Source of the DNA: Candidatus Hermodarchaeota archaeon
GTDB taxonomy: Archaea; Asgardarchaeota; Lokiarchaeia; Sigyniarchaeales; SOKP01
Direction of reading: 5' to 3'
Length of the DNA: 11,107 bases
Assembly: GCA_048885525.1 (NCBI GenBank)
Contig: JBHLLP010000073.1
Coordinates: forward strand, 1-11,107
This document shows positions 7,495 through 11,107 of the stretch, one piece after another. The notes below the pieces were generated by a model. That model was given only the letters and a program-made list of their open reading frames with translations, did no database searches and was not told the DNA's origin. Both the position numbers and the translations under genes were made by a program. Position 1 is the first letter of the stretch. The number at the start of each line of letters is the position of its first letter.

Positions 7495-8934
7495 TTATTT
7501 CTTCTTCCGTTTAGGCTCAATTTTCTTAATTATAATTGATTCTGCGTGGATCTTGCAGTTTTTAAGGATTACTTTAAAACCTCCAGCACCACCTACTCCT
7601 GGGATTGTCATACCAACAGTTCCCATGGGAACCATAGCTCCTTCCTCTTCCCATTCCTCTTCTACCTCTTCGATACCACCAACAGCAGCTTTATACTCTT
7701 CAGTTTCTACAATTGGATGTCCTACTTTTTCCAACCATGCTGGTAATTCACTTAAATCCGCAACTTCTTCTTCAGTTGCAATTTTACTTATAAGATCAGG
7801 TGGAAGAAATTCTGCAACTCTATCCTTAACAGTCTTTCCCATCCAAACTACTAATTCAATACCGCTTTTTAACCCTGCTAGCTGCGCATCGTATTGTTGA
7901 AACTTTGGACTTATTATATATTGGACACTAATCCCGTTAAAGCCTGGCATTTGTTTACCGCCCCCAGTTTGATTAGCCATCGCTGAGAAGGGTAATCCGT
8001 TAATCGCCACACCATCATAACTTCTATCGATTATACCATGACCTACTCCTGTCTCAGGAATAAGAAAATCTATTGCTTCAAAACATCCACATGAAGTATG
8101 TGGGAATTCCATTCCTGAATATAAATAAATTCGATTAATTTCTCCCAAAGATCTTTTCTTTATCATGTCATTAATTCCAGAATATTCTCCAGCGTCTTTA
8201 TTAATGGTTTCCCCCATTGGAACTTCAAATAAGGGACCTTTAGGATCTACTCGAGCTGCCGCTCTGGCATCAAACCATGATATAGAACCACATAAACTCA
8301 TACGATTTGGTGTAATACAACAAGCATGCGTTGGGGCGAATGATTGACATAACACACAGCCATAGAACATATCTACATCATCATCATTGATACTTCGAGC
8401 TCTCTCGTCTCTTTTATTATAAATTTCTAAAGCGAGATCATAAGGTTCTTTTATTTTTTCAGGATCCGTGTAGATTGTAACTTGTGCTTTTTTTATGATT
8501 GGTAATTCTGCTTTATACAATCTTATTAGGATAGTTCCGAGCATATTGAAAGAATTAAACCCTTTCTCAAAAGCGGCCTTGGAAATACGCATCCAATTAG
8601 TATATCTCTGATTTAAATGCATAATCCCATTAACAAAATTACAAAATTCATGAACTCTTCTTTCAAATACGGCTTCTAAGTCTTCTTCGAGTTCAGGTCC
8701 AGCTACCTCTACCAAAATTCCAATAGGGTGTCTAGAACCTTCTTCCATATCTTTAAGATCAGGTCCTATAATCTTTACTTTCCCATCTTCAATTTCTTTA
8801 TCTTTTTTCACACGTACAAGCTCAAAATGTCGTTCTATTTTTGGACCACCAAGTTCAACTTGCATTTGGTTTCCTCGAATTCTTTCACCCTCATATACGG
8901 GTCCAACATCTACCGGCATATCTGCAAAACTCAT
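7495..8934 (-). CDS. cdhC: Acetyl-CoA decarbonylase/synthase (CODH/ACS) beta subunit, acetyl-CoA synthase
   Basis: Archaeal N-terminus PVDVGPVYEGERIR, ERRVH, HLNQR, and A-cluster cysteines FYGCVLCQSFAPTHACCITPNRMSLCG and PHTSCGCFE. An acidic linker precedes the terminal KVILKNCKIHAESIIIKK segment. Confidence 0.97.
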   Translation of the reverse strand: MSFADMPVDVGPVYEGERIRGNQMQVELGGPKIERHFELVRVKKDKEIEDGKVKIIGPDLKDMEEGSRHPIGILVEVAGPELEEDLEAVFERRVHEFCNFVNGIMHLNQRYTNWMRISKAAFEKGFNSFNMLGTILIRLYKAELPIIKKAQVTIYTDPEKIKEPYDLALEIYNKRDERARSINDDDVDMFYGCVLCQSFAPTHACCITPNRMSLCGSISWFDARAAARVDPKGPLFEVPMGETINKDAGEYSGINDMIKKRSLGEINRIYLYSGMEFPHTSCGCFEAIDFLIPETGVGHGIIDRSYDGVAINGLPFSAMANQTGGGKQMPGFNGISVQYIISPKFQQYDAQLAGLKSGIELVVWMGKTVKDRVAEFLPPDLISKIATEEEVADLSELPAWLEKVGHPIVETEEYKAAVGGIEEVEEEWEEEGAMVPMGTVGMTIPGVGGAGGFKVILKNCKIHAESIIIKKIEPKRKKK

Positions 8935-8943
8935 ATCATTTAT

Positions 8944-8950
8944 CTCCTCT
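8944..8950 (-). promoter_or_regulatory. Shine-Dalgarno-like RBS (AGAGGAG) for cdhC
   Basis: Lies 9 nt upstream of the cdhC ATG, in the 32-nt cdhB-cdhC gap. Confidence 0.7.
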
Positions 8951-8966
8951 TATTTATTTAAATTTT

Positions 8967-9506
8967 TTATAATTTTTCAATCAAACTTTCTAAAAATAAT
9001 TTCCATTCATTATCGCTTAGATTTGGTAAACTAAATCTGGCATTTGGATGAGAATATTTATCCAAATCAATTGTTTTTACCCAATTTGTAAAATTTTTGA
9101 TCCGAGATAATGCTTGAGAGACATAAAATACTAAATGTCCGCCAAAAACTGCCATGGAATATTGTCCCTCTCCATCAAAACCAGTCCAGTTTTTATCACA
9201 TAATCGATTAGTAATGTTAATCAATGACATATCATATAGTTTCCCATTACTGATTTTATCCTTTAAATAGCGATATGTATGGCCAGTGCTAACTACATGA
9301 CAATCAATTTTGTTTGCAATATCTATAAAATAATCGGCAACCTTTTTCTCGCCAAGTTCCCAATTTAAAGATTCAGCACCAATAATAATTACCTTCTTCT
9401 TGGGTGATTTAAGTAAATTCGCCATCACTGTTGGATCTGAAACAGAAGTACCCATTTCAGGGCCAGGAATGTTAGCTTTTTGATATGGACGTGCCATTTC
9501 ACTCAA
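8967..9506 (-). CDS. cdhB: Acetyl-CoA decarbonylase/synthase epsilon subunit
   Basis: PYQKANIPGP, W.GFDGEGQY, G...YVSQ.LS..KNF and TI.LDKY.HPNA.FS.PNL are CdhB signatures, and the gene is directly upstream of cdhC. An AGAGGA at 9509-9514 spaces better to ATG 9497 than to TTG 9506. Confidence 0.93.
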   Translation of the reverse strand: MSEMARPYQKANIPGPEMGTSVSDPTVMANLLKSPKKKVIIIGAESLNWELGEKKVADYFIDIANKIDCHVVSTGHTYRYLKDKISNGKLYDMSLINITNRLCDKNWTGFDGEGQYSMAVFGGHLVFYVSQALSRIKNFTNWVKTIDLDKYSHPNARFSLPNLSDNEWKLFLESLIEKL

Positions 9507-9570
9507 TTTCCTCTGTTTTTATTTTTAGCTGTAACTTTTAAAATAGTTGTTATACTTAGAATTATTAAAG

Positions 9571-9588
9571 ACAATTTAAAAAAATTGT
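9571..9588. promoter_or_regulatory. 7-bp inverted repeat ACAATTT-N4-AAATTGT centred in the divergent cdhB/cooT intergenic region
   Basis: Read directly from the sequence. An operator role is inferred from its position. Confidence 0.3.
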
Positions 9589-9650
9589 TCTTATTAAGTT
9601 TAACATTAAAAAAGTGGTTTTTCGATCATAAAAATTGTAAAAAATGAACC

Positions 9651-9950
9651 ATGTGCGAATTTAAAATAATAAATAAAACAGACGGTTCTCAAATAGGAGA
9701 AGATATTTTAGTATTGTCATATACAGATGATAATGAATTAATATTTAAAGATGTATTAGGAATGGGGGAAAAATTGGATTCTGCTTTAATATTGGATGTA
9801 AATACCTTGAATCAAAAATGTACAGTCCTCCAACATCCATTAATTAAAGATTTCCTTAATTTAATGAAAAATATTGTTGAAAAAAAAGTGACTTCAGAGC
9901 AAATTGGAAATTTTCAGAATAGAATTGAAAAAATAAAGAAGAATTTATAA
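9651..9950 (+). CDS. cooT: CooT-family nickel-binding CODH accessory protein with C-terminal helical extension
   Basis: N-terminal Met-Cys, then an all-beta pattern ED(I/V)...DVLG...ILDVN over about 60 aa as in CooT. Transcribed divergently from cdhB. Confidence 0.75.
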   Translation: MCEFKIINKTDGSQIGEDILVLSYTDDNELIFKDVLGMGEKLDSALILDVNTLNQKCTVLQHPLIKDFLNLMKNIVEKKVTSEQIGNFQNRIEKIKKNL

Positions 9951-9960
9951 AAAAAAAGAT

Positions 9961-11106
9961 CTATGAAGTTTTTCTTTTTGATAGAATGAATCTAAAATAA
10001 ACTGAACTGATACATATAAAGCTTAGAATAATAAATGAAATTCCAAATGAGTCATATCCCGCTATGGAGCTCATATCCTGATCTTGTGGTATATTTTCTT
10101 GATATGGTAAAAAACCAATTTTACTAGCAGTTAGAATATTACCATCAATATCTATTTGAGAGATTGGTATTTCAATCGTTCCATTTTCGTTTGTTTGGCC
10201 TTTCCAAATAATAATTTGGTCTTTTGTATAAGTTAAAGTTACTCCTTGAATAGGATCATTATCTGCCGTAATTTGCAGATTAAGCGAAGTTGAGCTGCTA
10301 TTTTGAGCAGTTATATCACTTATATTAAGTTGTTTAGGAATCGAGAGCCAAATTGGAACTTCAGGATCCCCTAGTAAATTATATTGTTTAAGAGTTTTAT
10401 CTTCCCATTCTGGATAATCATTAGGTTCAGAAGAGTTAATTCTATCTGCTACATAATCCGCTTTAGCCAATGCTAATGCTTTACCCGGCTGATTATATTG
10501 GAAAAGCTGTTCCCAAAAGCGAAATCCTAATCCTTCTGTGAACCAACCTCCGTGTTCACGCTCATACCATTGATCTTCACCCCATGCAACATAACTTGCT
10601 GCTACACAGCCAATTGCAGCATTTTTTAAGAAGTACTCAGAGAGACAATCATCAGGATCATCAAAAGTACCGGTGGAGCAGCTAGCCAAATAAAAAAGTC
10701 CTAATTTATCATCTTCGGGTTTAAGAGAAGCATAACTTGTATCTATTAAACTAGTCCTTATCGAGACATCGATAGGAGTACCTCCTTCTAAATATGGATC
10801 GGCAGTATAATCGAATAACATATCTCCATCATAATCTATAATCCACTCATCGATGCCCATACTTTGAGGAGCACCATGTGCGTTAATGATACCAATACTG
10901 CATCCATCATCAATAGCATATCTAAGGTTATTATAATTCAATTGTACATCACTATAATTATCAGTACCTTTGATACCTTCAGTTTGAGCTAGAAAGATAC
11001 TAGTCCAATTATCCGGTAATAAGTTTTTAAAATAATTATTAACTCGATTTCCATCACATTCTCCGTAATCTACAATACTATCATTATTCCAATCTTGGTC
11101 AAATTG
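9961..11106 (-). CDS. C25 (gingipain-like, clan CD) cysteine peptidase, 5'-truncated by the window edge, with Ig-like domain and Loki-CTERM-like membrane anchor
   Basis: Catalytic His (INAHG) and Cys (LASCSTG), GAI-like AAIGCVAAS, and YNLLGDP. I translated the frame upstream of 10941 and it stays open to the window end, so the listed TTG is not the real start. The tail is IAGY + TM helix + KRK. Confidence 0.88.
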   Translation of the reverse strand, partial: QFDQDWNNDSIVDYGECDGNRVNNYFKNLLPDNWTSIFLAQTEGIKGTDNYSDVQLNYNNLRYAIDDGCSIGIINAHGAPQSMGIDEWIIDYDGDMLFDYTADPYLEGGTPIDVSIRTSLIDTSYASLKPEDDKLGLFYLASCSTGTFDDPDDCLSEYFLKNAAIGCVAASYVAWGEDQWYEREHGGWFTEGLGFRFWEQLFQYNQPGKALALAKADYVADRINSSEPNDYPEWEDKTLKQYNLLGDPEVPIWLSIPKQLNISDITAQNSSSTSLNLQITADNDPIQGVTLTYTKDQIIIWKGQTNENGTIEIPISQIDIDGNILTASKIGFLPYQENIPQDQDMSSIAGYDSFGISFIILSFICISSVYFRFILSKRKTS

Positions 11107-11107
11107 A

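Noticed and set aside
7546-7746. 66-aa + strand ORF
   Set aside because: Antisense shadow inside cdhC with no recognisable protein features.
7553-7900. 115-aa Pro/Ser-rich + strand ORF
   Set aside because: Antisense to the Glu/Gly-rich cdhC C-terminus. The Ser/Pro runs are just the complement of GAA/GGA codons.
8165-8347. 60-aa + strand ORF
   Set aside because: Antisense to the conserved catalytic core of cdhC.
8728-8961. 77-aa Phe-rich + strand ORF
   Set aside because: Antisense to the cdhC 5' end. The composition mirrors A-rich sense codons.
10939-10941. TTG start given for the C25 peptidase
   Set aside because: The frame is open and protein-like to the window edge, so the gene starts outside the window.

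Overview
Very AT-rich archaeal genomic window, most consistent with an Asgard archaeon (Lokiarchaeia/Promethearchaeota). This assignment is inferred from an archaeal-type ACDS, a stand-alone longin-like protein, a Loki-type 7-TM protein and a Loki-CTERM-like sorting tail. There are eleven credible CDSs: an uncharacterised 152-aa helical protein with an acidic tail ending in an HbYX-like GYYI, a polytopic membrane PHP phosphoesterase, an orphan Mre11/SbcD-like nuclease, an NMN-adenylyltransferase-like enzyme, a GNAT-fold protein, a 7-TM protein, a longin-like protein, cdhC and cdhB of acetyl-CoA decarbonylase/synthase (no adjacent cdhA/D/E), a divergent CooT-like nickel chaperone, and a 5'-truncated membrane-anchored C25 (gingipain-like) protease. 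I saw no rRNA, tRNA, CRISPR array or mobile element. The best leads are the candidate new proteasome-docking protein (195..653) and the GNAT/7-TM/longin trio (4545..7227). All family calls come from motif recognition by eye, not from database searches.
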